From: an uncultured Haloferula sp.
Lineage (GTDB): Bacteria; Verrucomicrobiota; Verrucomicrobiia; Verrucomicrobiales; Akkermansiaceae
Reading direction: 5' to 3'
DNA length: 64,000 nucleotides
Assembly (NCBI GenBank): GCA_965652295.1
Contig: CBFGTS010000002.1
Coordinates: 1 to 64,000 of the forward strand
Positions within the stretch are counted from its first letter, which is position 1. The number at the start of each line of letters is the position of its first letter. The notes below the pieces were generated by a model. It was not told where the DNA came from, ran no database searches, and worked only from the letters and a program-made list of their open reading frames with translations. Shown piece by piece: positions 22,253 to 32,986 of the stretch. The position numbers and the translations under genes were made by a program.

Positions 22253-23250
22253 CATTCGTGATCGTGGTAGTGCTCGCGCAACAGATCGCGGCCGAAATCC
22301 CGCTCGAAGTCGCGCCACACGGCGTGGATGTGGTTCGCGTTGTTCTGGGTGTTCGCCGCCTCCATCAGAAACGTCGGACCTTGGATCCGATAGTAGTAGG
22401 CCTCGCCGGGTTTGAGCGATCCGGCCCAGCCGAAATGGATTTTCTCCACCCCGGCTTCCTTGATCCGCTCCATGTCGGACTCGGCGAACTCGACGCGATA
22501 CCGACCGATGTATTCGGAAATCAGCTCTAACAAAGCGGCGCGCTGACCTTCGGTCATATCCGCGGCTTTGACGCCGACGGCTTCGAGCTTGCTGGCTTCG
22601 CGCTTCTCGCCGGTCAGGATTTCCTGAGGTGGCCGTGCATCGAACACGGCATCGTCGCCCAGCGTGAGCACCAGGGCCCGCGCAAGATCTTCCTCTGCTG
22701 CGAGGGGGCGCAGCCCTTGGTGTTCTCCCTTTCTGACTTCCGCCGGATTCGCCCCGAGGAAAGAGGGCGTTACCGAAAATCCTTCGTCCACGAGCGTGAT
22801 GTTCAGCGACAGGTGATGCCCCTCGAAGCGGAATCCCCAGTTCTCTTCCGGGCTTGGTTTGCCGAAAAAGGTCAGTGTGTACTTTCCCGGATCGCGGTAG
22901 GTCGGATTGTTTTCCAGCTCAGCCAGCACTCCCTCCAGCACCAGGATCTGCGAGGCCTTCAGCATGCCTTTTTCCGAAAGCACCGTCTCGACCAGGGCCA
23001 TGGCGGATTTTTTCTGCGCGGGCGACATGGATTTCAGCATGATCCCGCGTCGGTCGCCCGGCGTGTAATGCCAGTTCTCCCGTTCGTCATCATCGAAGGG
23101 AAGCAGGGTGTCGTTTCGTGCGTCTTCATCGAGTGACTCGATGAAGGCATTCGCGGATTTTTCCAACTCGGCGCGGGCGGTGGGGACATCCGCGGCCGGA
23201 GAGAGCCGGGTCAGCAGGATGAGAAACAGGAAAATCGAGGCACGCATCAT
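22252..23250 (-). CDS. DUF3500 domain secreted protein
   Basis: Signal peptide; WHYTP, WGFRFEGHHLSLN, TPSFLGANP, YYRIQGPTFL, NHIHAVWRD. Confidence 0.88.
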   Translation of the reverse strand: MMRASIFLFLILLTRLSPAADVPTARAELEKSANAFIESLDEDARNDTLLPFDDDERENWHYTPGDRRGIMLKSMSPAQKKSAMALVETVLSEKGMLKASQILVLEGVLAELENNPTYRDPGKYTLTFFGKPSPEENWGFRFEGHHLSLNITLVDEGFSVTPSFLGANPAEVRKGEHQGLRPLAAEEDLARALVLTLGDDAVFDARPPQEILTGEKREASKLEAVGVKAADMTEGQRAALLELISEYIGRYRVEFAESDMERIKEAGVEKIHFGWAGSLKPGEAYYYRIQGPTFLMEAANTQNNANHIHAVWRDFERDFGRDLLREHYHDHE

Positions 23251-23318
23251 CCCGCCAATGAAAGCCCGGGGGGCGGAGATGGCGAACAAATCCTGCACGA
23301 TCATTCGTCCGCCGTGGG

Positions 23319-24743
23319 TCAGGGCTCTTCTTCGCGGGCGCGGGTCTCGAAGCGCATGAGTTCGGCAAGGAAGGTGAGGGGAATGTGGCCGGTTTCGCCG
23401 TTCCGGTTCTTCGCGAGAACCAGCTCGGCCTTGCCGGCTTCGGCTTCCTTTTCCTCCTCGGTCTCCGCGTAGTAGGCGGTCCGGTAGAGCAGGCCGATCA
23501 TGTCGGCATCCTGCTCGATGGTGCCGGACTCCCGGAGGTCGGACATGCGGGGTACGCCGAGCGAGGAACCGGTCCGGCCCTCGGGACCCCGGTTGAGCTG
23601 GGCGAGGACGATGATGGGCACCTCGAGTTCCTTGGCGAGGGCCTTGATGCCGGCGGAGATTTCACCGATTTCCCGCTCGCGCGAGTTGGCGGCCTGGCGG
23701 CTGTTGGATTTGAGGAGCTGGAGGTAGTCGATGGCGATGAGGCCGACGCCGTCCTCGCGTTTCCGGCGGCGGGCTTTGGCGCGGAGGGTGTCGATGGGGA
23801 TGCCGGCGGTGTCGTCGACCCACAGCTTCGCTTCGCCGATCTCCTTGATGGAGCGCTTGAGTTTGCCGATCTGGTCCTTGGTGGGTTTGAAGCCTTTGCC
23901 AAGCTTGCTCATGGAAAGCCGCGCCCGCGAGAAAACGAGGCGCTGGACGATCTGGAAGGCCGTCATTTCACAGGAAAAGACGAGGGTCGGGACGTTCTGA
24001 TCGACGCAAACGTGCTCGACGAGGTTCATCATCAGCGAGGTCTTGCCCATCGAGGGACGGGCCGCGATGACGAACATTTCACCGGGTTTCAGTCCCTTCG
24101 ACATGCCGTCGAGGACCGGGTAGCCGGTGGCGACGCCCTGGACCTCCATCTCGCCGGCGAGCATCTCCTGGAATTTGGTGAAGACCTCGAGCACGGAGTC
24201 CTTGATGGAGAATCCGCGGGTGGACTCGCGGCCCTGGCGGATGGCGAGGACGTCCTGCTCGACGCGGTCGAGGAGCTGGGCGGTGTCCTCGGGGTTGTCG
24301 TAGGCTTCGGAGATCGACTCGGTGCAGGTGCTGATGATCGACCGGAGGACGTATTTGTCCTTCACGATCGTCATGTGGTTGATGAAGTGCGCGGCGTTGG
24401 GCGCGTAGGTGTAGATGTCGGTGATGGCCTGGGAGCCACCGACGTGATCGAGGATGCCGCGGTCGTGGAGGAGCTGGACGAGCGAGACGAGTTCGATCTC
24501 GGTGCCCTTGTCGTTCAGGTCGCTGAGGATTTCGTAAAGCAGGCCGTGACCGGGAAGATAGAAGTGCTCGCGGGTGAGGCCTTCTTCCTTGGCGCGGCCG
24601 ATCCACTGCTCGGGATCCTTGAGCATGGAGGAAAGGATGGATTTTTCCGGTCCGAGGGCGTGGGGCAGGGAGCGTGAGGAGTCGTCGTCCACCTCGCGCG
24701 GTGGAGCTTTCTGCAGGGCGGGTGCGCGGGTGTCGGAGGCCAT
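23319..24743 (-). CDS. dnaB: Replicative DNA helicase DnaB
   Basis: IAARPSMGKT, IDYLQL, LAQLNR, SDLRESGTIEQDAD, KNRNGETG. Confidence 0.97.
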   Translation of the reverse strand: MASDTRAPALQKAPPREVDDDSSRSLPHALGPEKSILSSMLKDPEQWIGRAKEEGLTREHFYLPGHGLLYEILSDLNDKGTEIELVSLVQLLHDRGILDHVGGSQAITDIYTYAPNAAHFINHMTIVKDKYVLRSIISTCTESISEAYDNPEDTAQLLDRVEQDVLAIRQGRESTRGFSIKDSVLEVFTKFQEMLAGEMEVQGVATGYPVLDGMSKGLKPGEMFVIAARPSMGKTSLMMNLVEHVCVDQNVPTLVFSCEMTAFQIVQRLVFSRARLSMSKLGKGFKPTKDQIGKLKRSIKEIGEAKLWVDDTAGIPIDTLRAKARRRKREDGVGLIAIDYLQLLKSNSRQAANSREREIGEISAGIKALAKELEVPIIVLAQLNRGPEGRTGSSLGVPRMSDLRESGTIEQDADMIGLLYRTAYYAETEEEKEAEAGKAELVLAKNRNGETGHIPLTFLAELMRFETRAREEEP

Positions 24744-24896
24744 CGGAGGGCTACTGTGCGGGCAAGCGGCGGCGGCGGTCAATGAGGGTAAGTGTGAATA
24801 ACCCGGAGAACGGGCATTCTTCCGCGTCTCCACGAAGAAAGAGCACGAACCTGCTCTCGAAAGCTTTTTCCATGGAGCGGCGGAGACGGGGGGAGT

Positions 24897-25565
24897 ATGT
24901 CCGGGGGTGTGGCGAAGGATGCGAAACCAACGAGGCTGATTCTGATCGAGGATCATGCGGATTTCCGGGAGTCGGTGTCGATGGTCCTGGCGCAGCGGGG
25001 GTATGAGGTGGCGGGGGAGTTTTCGACGATGGAAGACGCCTTGGAGGCGATCCGTGGGGGGCTGACGGCGGACTTGGTGCTCTCCGACCTCGGGCTTCCG
25101 GGAATGAGCGGGATCGACGGCATCCGCCAGATCCGCGAGCTGATGCCACTGGTGCAGGTGCTGGTGCTGACGGCGTTCACGGACAAGGCGAAGGTGTTCG
25201 CGGCGCTGGAGTCCGGCGCCCACGGCTATTTGGTCAAAGCGGGCAGCGCGACGCGGTTGATCGAAACGCTGGAAGAGGTAATGGCAGGGGGAACGCCGCT
25301 GGATCCGAAGATCGCGGGCATGATTTTGCAGACCTTCCGTCGGTTGAGCCCGATCCCCTCGAACGACGCGCTTTCGGCGAGGGAGTGCGAGGTGTTGTCA
25401 CTTTCGGCAAAGGGCCTGACGCGGCAGGAAATCGCGGACCAATTGGAGCTGAGTCAGTATTCGGTGACGGAATACATCAAGCGGAGCTTCGACAAGCTGC
25501 ACGTGCGGAGCCTGCCGGCAGCGGTGAGCGAGGCGATCCGGCGGGGGTTTCTGGATCTCTCCTGA
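24897..25565 (+). CDS. NarL/LuxR-family response regulator (no adjacent kinase)
   Basis: Receiver IEDH, SDLGLPGMSG, GAHGYLVK; HTH LSARECEVL. Confidence 0.92.
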   Translation: MSGGVAKDAKPTRLILIEDHADFRESVSMVLAQRGYEVAGEFSTMEDALEAIRGGLTADLVLSDLGLPGMSGIDGIRQIRELMPLVQVLVLTAFTDKAKVFAALESGAHGYLVKAGSATRLIETLEEVMAGGTPLDPKIAGMILQTFRRLSPIPSNDALSARECEVLSLSAKGLTRQEIADQLELSQYSVTEYIKRSFDKLHVRSLPAAVSEAIRRGFLDLS

Positions 25566-25737
25566 ACAGCGGCCATGTCCCAAATCTTTGGGACATGACG
25601 GATCGGGTAGATCACGGCACCATTCTCACGTTGGCCGCAAGGTCACGATTGAATTTCATGACGAAACAGGGGCCGCACGGGTGTGTGGCCCCTTTCGTTT
25701 GCCGGGATGCAGGGAGGCTGGTAAGCAGCCGGGCGAG

Positions 25738-26496
25738 ATGGAATGGATCGATGAACTGGCCCGGCAGGTGCGCAAGAGGACGGATCCTTGGATCGTCCTC
25801 GAGGGAAAGCACGCGGTGGAGGGAGCGATCGGTGGCTGGTGGGACGTGCAGGGAATTCTGGCAGCGGAGGATTGTGAGTGGACGCCGCCGGTCTGGAGCG
25901 GGCTCGAGCTGACGCGTGTCGCGCGGACCATGATCGAGGAAGTGGCGGACCATCGATTCCACCACGGCGTGCTGGGCTTGGCGAAACTACCGGAGGAGCG
26001 GGCGGACGTGGCGGCGCTGGTCGGGGAACTGGGGCAAGACGCGCGGGTGGTGGTGTGTCCGTCCTTGGCGGATGCGGCGACGGCCGGGGCCATGGTCCGC
26101 AACGCGGCGGCCCTGGGTGCCCAGGCAGTGATCTTCGGCGACGAGGGTGTTTCGCCCTACACCCGGAAAGCCGTGCGGGCCTCGGGCGGCGCGTTGTTCC
26201 GAATCCCGGTGCGGGTGGCGGACGGCGGGCAGGTGCTGCGCTGCCTGAAGGCGGGAAAGTTCGCCCTGATCGGCGCGCATGGCGGAGAGGATGCCTCGGC
26301 GCTTCCGGAACACGAGTGGACCGAGGAAGGCCGGGTGGCACTGGTGATCGGGAATGAGGAGCGGGGGCTGAACGGGTTCTGGAGGCGGGCCTGCGATTCA
26401 CTGGTGAAAATCCCGGTGAACTCGGGCGTGGATTCGCTGAATGCCGCGGCGGCCTTGGCCTTGTTGTTGTGGGAAATGAAAAAGGCGCGGGAGTGA
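25738..26496 (+). CDS. TrmH/SpoU family RNA methyltransferase
   Basis: GAMVRNAAALG, RASGGA, VIGNEERGL, IPVNSGVDSLNAA. Confidence 0.9.
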   Translation: MEWIDELARQVRKRTDPWIVLEGKHAVEGAIGGWWDVQGILAAEDCEWTPPVWSGLELTRVARTMIEEVADHRFHHGVLGLAKLPEERADVAALVGELGQDARVVVCPSLADAATAGAMVRNAAALGAQAVIFGDEGVSPYTRKAVRASGGALFRIPVRVADGGQVLRCLKAGKFALIGAHGGEDASALPEHEWTEEGRVALVIGNEERGLNGFWRRACDSLVKIPVNSGVDSLNAAAALALLLWEMKKARE

Positions 26497-26508
26497 ACCC
26501 GCGCCTTT
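26481..26508. terminator. Hairpin terminator between convergent genes
   Basis: AAAGGCGCGGG-AGTGAA-CCCGCGCCTTT. Confidence 0.7.
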
Positions 26509-26536
26509 CGGAAATGGAGAATCGTGCCGTTCTGGC

Positions 26537-27448
26537 TCAGACCAGCGGAGTCGGGTATTCGCCGTTTTGGATCAAAGCGGCGATCGACGCAACGACATGC
26601 GGTTTGTCATCGGGATAGGTCACGCCGAACCAGTTGGCGCTCGTTTCCAGCACCTCGCAATCGGCCTCGCCCTTGCGGATGAGGTCGTCGACCACGGTCG
26701 GGATGTAGCACTCGCTCTTCAGCTCACCGCCCTTTTCACGAAGGAACTCGATGAAGTGGGTCTCAAGTTGCTCAAGGAAGGAGGGGGTGAAGCCCCAGAA
26801 ATTCATCGAAACCGGGCAGCCGTCAGCGACCTCGCGGACCTCGCCGCCGATGCTGGTGCCGCGGGCCACGCCGTCCTCGCCGCGGGCGATTTCGACGACT
26901 TCCTCGACATCGGTGAGCAGGTTTTTCTCGTCCGTCTGGCAAATGCCACGGTTGACGGAGCCGTGTTCGGAGAGGGTGTTCCGCAGCGGATACCCGACCA
27001 TGGCATAGTGTTCCTTGCCGTCGTTTCCCGGATGTTTGGCGAACCAGGCGGCGACCACGGCGTAGGCGTCCGCGCCGTAGAAGTCGTCGGCGTTGACCAC
27101 GGCGAAGGGGCCATCGATTTCGTGCCGTGCGGCGCGAACGGCGTGGGCGGTGCCCCAGGGTTTCTCGCGCCCTTCCGGGACGGAGAAGCCTTCGGGCAGG
27201 TCGATGAGCTTCTGGAACGCGTAGGCGACCTCGATCCGGCCGGCAAAACGCGCGCCGACGGTTTCACGGAAAGCCTCCGCGAAGTCCTCGCGAATGACGA
27301 AAACGACCTTGCCGAAGCCGGCGCGGATCGCGTCGAACACGGAGTAGTCGAGCACGGTTTCCCCGTTGGGACCCATGGGATCCATTTGTTTGAGGCCCCC
27401 GTAGCGGGAGCCCATGCCGGCGGCGAGGACGAGAAGGGTCGGTTTCAT
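26537..27448 (-). CDS. Sugar-phosphate nucleotidyltransferase family protein
   Basis: LAAGMGSRYGGLKQ, KPWGTAHAV, VVNADDFYG, SMNFWGF, WFGVTY. Confidence 0.9.
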   Translation of the reverse strand: MKPTLLVLAAGMGSRYGGLKQMDPMGPNGETVLDYSVFDAIRAGFGKVVFVIREDFAEAFRETVGARFAGRIEVAYAFQKLIDLPEGFSVPEGREKPWGTAHAVRAARHEIDGPFAVVNADDFYGADAYAVVAAWFAKHPGNDGKEHYAMVGYPLRNTLSEHGSVNRGICQTDEKNLLTDVEEVVEIARGEDGVARGTSIGGEVREVADGCPVSMNFWGFTPSFLEQLETHFIEFLREKGGELKSECYIPTVVDDLIRKGEADCEVLETSANWFGVTYPDDKPHVVASIAALIQNGEYPTPLV

Positions 27449-27582
27449 GAGTCGTGGCGGATGTTTTCGCTCTGCGGACGCGTGATAGGGGCGGAGGCCG
27501 GCGTGTGTCGAGTGCCGAGCCTTGTCATCGGAGACTCGCATATCCCTTGCCCGCCGAGGAGCGGGCGACGTAGCCTCTCCGC

Positions 27583-28605
27583 GTGCCGGAAACCGCCGAA
27601 TCCACCCAGCAACTCACCGATCGGGATCTCGCCCGCAAGGTCTACCGGGCCATGTTGGAGGCGCGCATTCTGGAAACCAAGCTCTCCAGCCTCTACAAGG
27701 CGGGGAAGATCGTCGGCGGCGTGTATCTCGGCAAAGGCCAGGAGGCGGTCAGCGGGGCCCTGGGGGCCTGCCTGATCCGCGGGACGGATGTTTTCGCCCC
27801 GCTGATCCGCGATCAGGCGGGACGCACGGCTTTCGGTGAGGACATGCTCGACTGCACCCGCACCTACCTCGGCTCGGCTCTGGGACCGATGCGCGGGCGC
27901 GATGGAAACGTCCATCGCGGCCGTCCTCGCGAGGGCATGCTGGCAATGATTTCCCACCTCGGCTCGTCCGTCTCGGCGGTGAGCGGCTGGCTGCTGGCGC
28001 GGCGGCTTCAGGGAAAACTCGATGGAGTGGTGGGCGCGACCTGCGTCGGCGATGGCGCGACCTCAACCGGAGCATTTCACGAAGCCATCAACGCGGCGGC
28101 CGTCGAACGCCTGCCGCTGGTCGTCGTGGTGGCGAACAACCAGTTCGCCTACTCGACGCCGAATGACCGGCAGTTCGCGTGTGCGGATCTGCTTGATCGC
28201 GCCAAAGGATACGGGATCGATGGACACGCGGTCGATGGCACGGATTTCCTGCAGTGCCTGCGCGTGATGTCCGGGGCGGTGAACCGGGCGCGGGCCGGTC
28301 ATGGACCGCAGATGGTGGTGGCGGAATTGTTGCGCCTGGCAGGGCATGGCGAGCACGATGATGCGAGCTACGTGCCGCCGGTCCTCAAGGAAAGCGGTCT
28401 CGGGCGGGACTGCATGGATGTGGCCGTGCGGCAGCTCCTGGAGCAGGGATTCGCCACCGAAACGGAAGTGGCCGGGTGGCAGGAGGAGTTGGGAGACAAG
28501 GTTCAGGCAGCCTTGGCCGTGGCGCAGCGCGATCCGAAGCCGGATCCGTGGACGGAGAAATGGGAAGCCTGTTCGCTGCATTTGACGTCTGAAACCGAAG
28601 CATGA
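27583..28605 (+). CDS. 2-oxoacid dehydrogenase E1 alpha (TPP-dependent)
   Basis: GQEA; GDGATS...NNQFAYST TPP-binding motif; RLAGHGEHD. Confidence 0.92.
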   Translation: MPETAESTQQLTDRDLARKVYRAMLEARILETKLSSLYKAGKIVGGVYLGKGQEAVSGALGACLIRGTDVFAPLIRDQAGRTAFGEDMLDCTRTYLGSALGPMRGRDGNVHRGRPREGMLAMISHLGSSVSAVSGWLLARRLQGKLDGVVGATCVGDGATSTGAFHEAINAAAVERLPLVVVVANNQFAYSTPNDRQFACADLLDRAKGYGIDGHAVDGTDFLQCLRVMSGAVNRARAGHGPQMVVAELLRLAGHGEHDDASYVPPVLKESGLGRDCMDVAVRQLLEQGFATETEVAGWQEELGDKVQAALAVAQRDPKPDPWTEKWEACSLHLTSETEA

Positions 28606-29570
28606 GCATCACTTACGTTGACGCGATCCTTGAGGCGCAGGACCACCTCCTGCGGAAGGACCCGCGCGTTTTCCTCTACGGTCAGGACATCAGCCGCTTC
28701 GGTGGTGCCTTCAAGGCGACCAAAGGTCTGGCGGAAGCTTATCCGGGACGGGTGCTGGATTCTCCGATCAGCGAAGATGCGATGATCGGCATGGCCATCG
28801 GCGCGGCGTTGGCAGGCATGCGGCCGGTGGTGGAAATGCAGTTCGCGGATTTCTCGTCCGTCGCCTTCAACCAGATCGTCAATCACGCCGCCACCCACTA
28901 TTATCGCACCGGCATCCCCGTGCCGATCACCGTCCGCCTGCCCTCCGGGGGCGCGCCGGGCTCGGGCCCGTTCCACAGCCAGAGCATGGAGGCGATCTAT
29001 TCGCACTACCCGGGCTTGATCGTCGTCGCGCCGGCCACGGTCTCCGATGCCTATCACATGCTGGTGCAGTCGGTGGCGCTCGATGATCCGGTCGTCTACT
29101 GCGAGCACAAGTTCCTGTATCGCTGGCTGAAGGCCGGCTCGATCGAGCGCGAGACCCTGCCCATCGGTCAAGCGCGGATCACCCGGCCGGGAAAACACGC
29201 CACGATCGTGGCCTACAGTGCGATGGTCCACGAGGCCGTCCGCGCCGCCGAACAGCTGAAGGCGGAAAGCGGGTGGGAGATCGAGGTCGTCGACCTGCGC
29301 ACCATCAAGCCGCTGGACATGGATACGGTGCTCGCCAGCGTGGCGCGGACCGGCCGCCTGCTCGCGCTGGGCGAGGCTTTCCCGTGGGGCGGCGTCACCG
29401 CGGAAGTGGTCTCGCGGGTGGCGGGCGAGGGTTTCCACCTTCTCGACGCGCCGCCGAAACGCTTCAACTCGCGTGACACGCCGGTGCCTTACCATCCCAA
29501 CCTCTGGTCCGCGCACCGCCCGACGCCCGAAACGATCTGTCTCGCCATGCGCGAACTCCTAGCCTTCTAG
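28602..29570 (+). CDS. 2-oxoacid dehydrogenase E1 beta
   Basis: GQDI..FGGAFKAT, SPISE, EMQFADF, GPFHSQS, EHKFLY, DLRTIKPLD. Confidence 0.93.
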   Translation: MSITYVDAILEAQDHLLRKDPRVFLYGQDISRFGGAFKATKGLAEAYPGRVLDSPISEDAMIGMAIGAALAGMRPVVEMQFADFSSVAFNQIVNHAATHYYRTGIPVPITVRLPSGGAPGSGPFHSQSMEAIYSHYPGLIVVAPATVSDAYHMLVQSVALDDPVVYCEHKFLYRWLKAGSIERETLPIGQARITRPGKHATIVAYSAMVHEAVRAAEQLKAESGWEIEVVDLRTIKPLDMDTVLASVARTGRLLALGEAFPWGGVTAEVVSRVAGEGFHLLDAPPKRFNSRDTPVPYHPNLWSAHRPTPETICLAMRELLAF

Positions 29571-29578
29571 TAGAAATC

Positions 29579-30814
29579 ATGCCCACCGTCCCGATCCTGA
29601 TGCCCCAGCTCGGCGAATCCATCGCCGAGGCGACCGTGATTCGTATCGACATCCAGCCCGGCGGCCAGGTGGATGCCGATCAGGAAGTGATCGAGGTGGA
29701 GACCCAGAAGGCGACGATGGGCGTGACCACCCTGTGTCGTGGAATCGTCCGGGAAATCCTGGCCGAGGAAGGGAAGACCTACGCGGTGGGTAGTACTTTG
29801 GGCCTGCTCGATGTGACTGACGAGGAGGTCACCCGGACCGGCATGGAGACGCTGGAAGCAGCGGCGGAAACGCGGGCGGAACAGGCGGCGGCCGACCGGG
29901 ACGGCGAGGAAAACCTGCATTTCGCGATCGACGACGAGAGCTACGAAGAGCGCCAGCCGATCGTGGAACCGAACGTGCGCGGCCTGCCGGTGCCGGCCGG
30001 GGTGAAGGGTGCGCATTACATTTCCCCGCGGATGCGGGCCCGCATGGATGAGATGGGTCTGCGCGAGGCGGACATCTCCGCGGTGGTGGGCACGGGAGCC
30101 GGCGGCCGCGTGACCGTGGAAGACCTGGAGAAATTCCTCGACTACATCGAGACTTGGCCGAGCAGCCACGCCTCGCCGATGCGGTTGGCGGTCGCGGATG
30201 CGATGCGTCGGAGCTGGAGCCGGCCGCTGGCAACGGTGAGCCGCCCGGTGCTGCTTGACCGCGTCCTGGACCATCGCCGCAGCCTGGATCCCAAGCCGGG
30301 CCTGACACTTTACGTTCTGCGGGCATTTGCGATCGCCCTCGCCGAAGACCCTGCCAGTTCGGGTTTCCTGATCGGCGAGCGCGTCGTCCACCCGCGCGCC
30401 TTCGACATCGGCGTGGCGGTGCAGGTCGAAGACGGCGTGGTGGTGCCCGTGCTGCGGAACGTGGATACCATGACGCTGGACCAGCTTACGCAGGCTTACG
30501 CCGACATGGTCGAGCGGGCGCGCAAGCGCCGCCTGCGGGAAAACGACACCAAGGGTGGGATCGCCACCGTGACGAACTTCGGTACCTTCGGACTGACTCA
30601 CGGCACGCCGATTCCCTTGCCGAATGAAACCCTCATCCTCGGCCTCGCCGCCGGGGTGAAAAGGCCGGTCTGGAGCGAGCAGGTCGAGGCCTTTATCCCG
30701 GCCACCGAGGCCGAGCTGATCGTCACCTTCGACCACCGCGTGGTGGATGGCGGAGGCGCAGGCCTGCTGCTCGGCCGGATCGCCGAGCATCTGCAGCGGC
30801 CCGAGGAACTCTGA
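29579..30814 (+). CDS. 2-oxoacid dehydrogenase E2 dihydrolipoamide acyltransferase
   Basis: Lipoyl domain MPQLGESI..ETQKA; subunit-binding GTGAGGRVTVED; catalytic FDHRVVDG. Confidence 0.93.
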   Translation: MPTVPILMPQLGESIAEATVIRIDIQPGGQVDADQEVIEVETQKATMGVTTLCRGIVREILAEEGKTYAVGSTLGLLDVTDEEVTRTGMETLEAAAETRAEQAAADRDGEENLHFAIDDESYEERQPIVEPNVRGLPVPAGVKGAHYISPRMRARMDEMGLREADISAVVGTGAGGRVTVEDLEKFLDYIETWPSSHASPMRLAVADAMRRSWSRPLATVSRPVLLDRVLDHRRSLDPKPGLTLYVLRAFAIALAEDPASSGFLIGERVVHPRAFDIGVAVQVEDGVVVPVLRNVDTMTLDQLTQAYADMVERARKRRLRENDTKGGIATVTNFGTFGLTHGTPIPLPNETLILGLAAGVKRPVWSEQVEAFIPATEAELIVTFDHRVVDGGGAGLLLGRIAEHLQRPEEL

Positions 30815-30826
30815 GTTTCTGTTGGT

Positions 30827-30914
30827 AACACGCTGAAGGACAAGTTCAGCGAGCTGGGGACGGCGGTCGCGCCGAACTTCGTGGAAAAAGGTCGGGGTTC
30901 CCAATATCGCCGCG
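30827..30914 (+). pseudogene. Degenerate copy of the 3' end of a fic gene
   Basis: AACACGCTGAAGGACAAGTTC (30827-30847) is identical to 32241-32261; similarity continues (GCCGAACTTCG..., GRGSQYRRV vs GRGAHYRRV). Confidence 0.75.
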
Positions 30915-31262
30915 TGAATCTTTAGGCGACAGCTTGGCCGTCGATTTGCGTTCATCCCGGGAGGTGTCCGTGATTTTCCACAGGCGTCCGGGAGCGGACG
31001 GCGAGTCGAGGTTTTGCTGGTTTTCAGCGACTTACAAGACCTCGACCTTGGATCACACGCCAAACGCACGAGTTTTTTTCAGAAACGGTGATTCGGAGCC
31101 CAACTATCGTCTCGGTTCCTTCACACAGCAGAGCGTGTGATGATCAAACCGATTCCGCGAGCCCATTTGTTTTCGCCACGCTGAATGAACCCTCTTCAGC
31201 AAATGGATGGAATCGGATGTAATTGGATGGCACCGGGCGCAATTGGAGGTAGAATCACGCCC

Positions 31263-32339
31263 ATGCGGATTCCTCTGCCACCGGATCTCCAGCCGACCAA
31301 CGAGATGATCACGTTGATCGCGGCGATCGACGAGTTCAAAGGCGAGTGGCGCGCCCTCGGCGGCCTCGGCCCGGAAACCCTGCGCTCACTGCGCCGGATC
31401 GCAACCATCGAGAGCGCCGGTTCATCGACGCGCATCGAAGGCGCGAAGCTCGGTGATGGCGAGGTCGAGAACCTCCTCGGAAAGCTTGGTAAGGAGTCTT
31501 TCCAGTCGCGCGATGAGCAGGAGGTCGCCGGATACGCCTACGTGATGGATGCGATCCAGACCGCCTGGTCGAACCTGCGGATTTCCGAGAGTATCCTGCT
31601 CCAGCTCCACCGCGACCTCCTGCGCTACAGCGACAAGGACGAGCGGCACCGGGGCCAGTGGAAGTCGCTCGACAACCACGTCGCGGCCTTCGACGCCGGG
31701 GGCAAGCAAGTCGGCATCGTGTTCGAGACCGCCTCGCCTTTCGAGACCCCGATGCTGATGGAGAAACTCCTCGCTTGGCATGCCAAGGAAGAGGCCGACC
31801 CGGTGCTCCACCCACTGCTCCGCATCGCCATCTTCAATGTCGTGTTCCTGGCAATCCACCCGTTCCAAGATGGCAACGGGCGACTGTCGCGCATCTTAAC
31901 CAACCTGATGCTTCTCCGGGCAGGCTACGCCTACGCCTCCTACACCTCGCTGGAGAGCGTCATCGAACACAACAAGGAGGCCTACTACCTGGCCCTCCGC
32001 CGGACCCAGATCTCCTTCGGCGGGACTTCCGATTGGGAGCCGTGGATCCTGTTCTTCCTCCGCTCGCTACGTTCGCAGATCGAGCGGCTGCGCGAGCGTC
32101 TTCCGGATCCCGGTGCACGCCGGGAGGTGCAAGCCTCGGATGAAAAGCTCTCTCCTCTCGCCGAAAGGCTCTTGGCCCTCCTTGAGGAGCGCGAAACCTT
32201 GTCGGTAAGCGAGGCGGCCGAAGCCCTGGAGGCGAACCGGAACACGCTGAAGGACAAGTTCGCGGAGCTGGTCGAAAGCGGACATGCCGAACTTCGCGGC
32301 AAGGGACGAGGAGCCCACTACCGGCGGGTCGAGGGATAG
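31263..32339 (+). CDS. Fic family protein (class II) with C-terminal HTH
   Basis: Canonical HPFQDGNGRLSR; N-terminal inhibitory STRIEG; C-terminal LSVSEAAEALEANRNTLK..GKGRGAHY. Confidence 0.95.
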   Translation: MRIPLPPDLQPTNEMITLIAAIDEFKGEWRALGGLGPETLRSLRRIATIESAGSSTRIEGAKLGDGEVENLLGKLGKESFQSRDEQEVAGYAYVMDAIQTAWSNLRISESILLQLHRDLLRYSDKDERHRGQWKSLDNHVAAFDAGGKQVGIVFETASPFETPMLMEKLLAWHAKEEADPVLHPLLRIAIFNVVFLAIHPFQDGNGRLSRILTNLMLLRAGYAYASYTSLESVIEHNKEAYYLALRRTQISFGGTSDWEPWILFFLRSLRSQIERLRERLPDPGARREVQASDEKLSPLAERLLALLEERETLSVSEAAEALEANRNTLKDKFAELVESGHAELRGKGRGAHYRRVEG

Positions 32340-32975
32340 CGAACTGCAGACGGATCGAAGGGCGTCGCAATCGTCAACCAGAAGGGTGGAGTCGGAAAAT
32401 CCACCATCGCCGTCCATCTCACGAAGTGGTTCCGTGAGAGGGGGTTTCAAACCGCGCTCGTCGATGCCGACGTCCAGGGCTCATCGAGTCTGTGGACGCT
32501 CGAAGTCGATCAGAAGACTCCGATCTACCGTTACCGCACCGCCGACGACATCCTCGACGAGGTCAAGCTGCTCAAGGAAGAGGTGGTCATCATCGACGGC
32601 CCCGCCGGACTCGGGGAGGTGACGCGCGCGATCCTGCTGGTCGCCGATGTGGCCCTGATCCCGTGCGGACCTTCGGTGCTCGACGTGCGCGCCGCAAGCG
32701 ATGCCGTCCGCGCCCTGGAACAGGTTCACCGCATCCGCGGCGAGAAGCCGCGAGACGCGTTCATCCCGAACAAGCTCCAGAAGAACTACCGCCTGTCCGA
32801 CGAGCTGCTCGTCACCGCCAAGACCCTCGGCTTCGCCGTCACCCCCGGACTCGGACTGCGCCAGTCCTTCGCCGATGCCGCCGGTCAGAAGTCCGTGGTC
32901 TGGAACATGAACCGCCAAGCCGAGACCGCCGCCACCGAAATGCGCGGCCTCTTCGAGCACCTGTTCATGAGTTGA
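32340..32975 (+). pseudogene. parA: ParA-family ATPase lacking a start codon
   Basis: Frame continuing straight after the fic TAG reads ..VAIVNQKGGVGKSTIA..VDADVQGS..IIDGPAG; no ATG/GTG/TTG before the Walker A. Confidence 0.8.
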
Positions 32976-32986
32976 GGAGCAGCCCG

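Noticed and set aside
30815..31262. att duplicate of the ssrA 3' end at the island's left boundary
   Set aside because: No convincing copy of TGGTGGAGGCGAGGGG; GGAGCGGACGGCGAGTCGA near 30991 is too weak.
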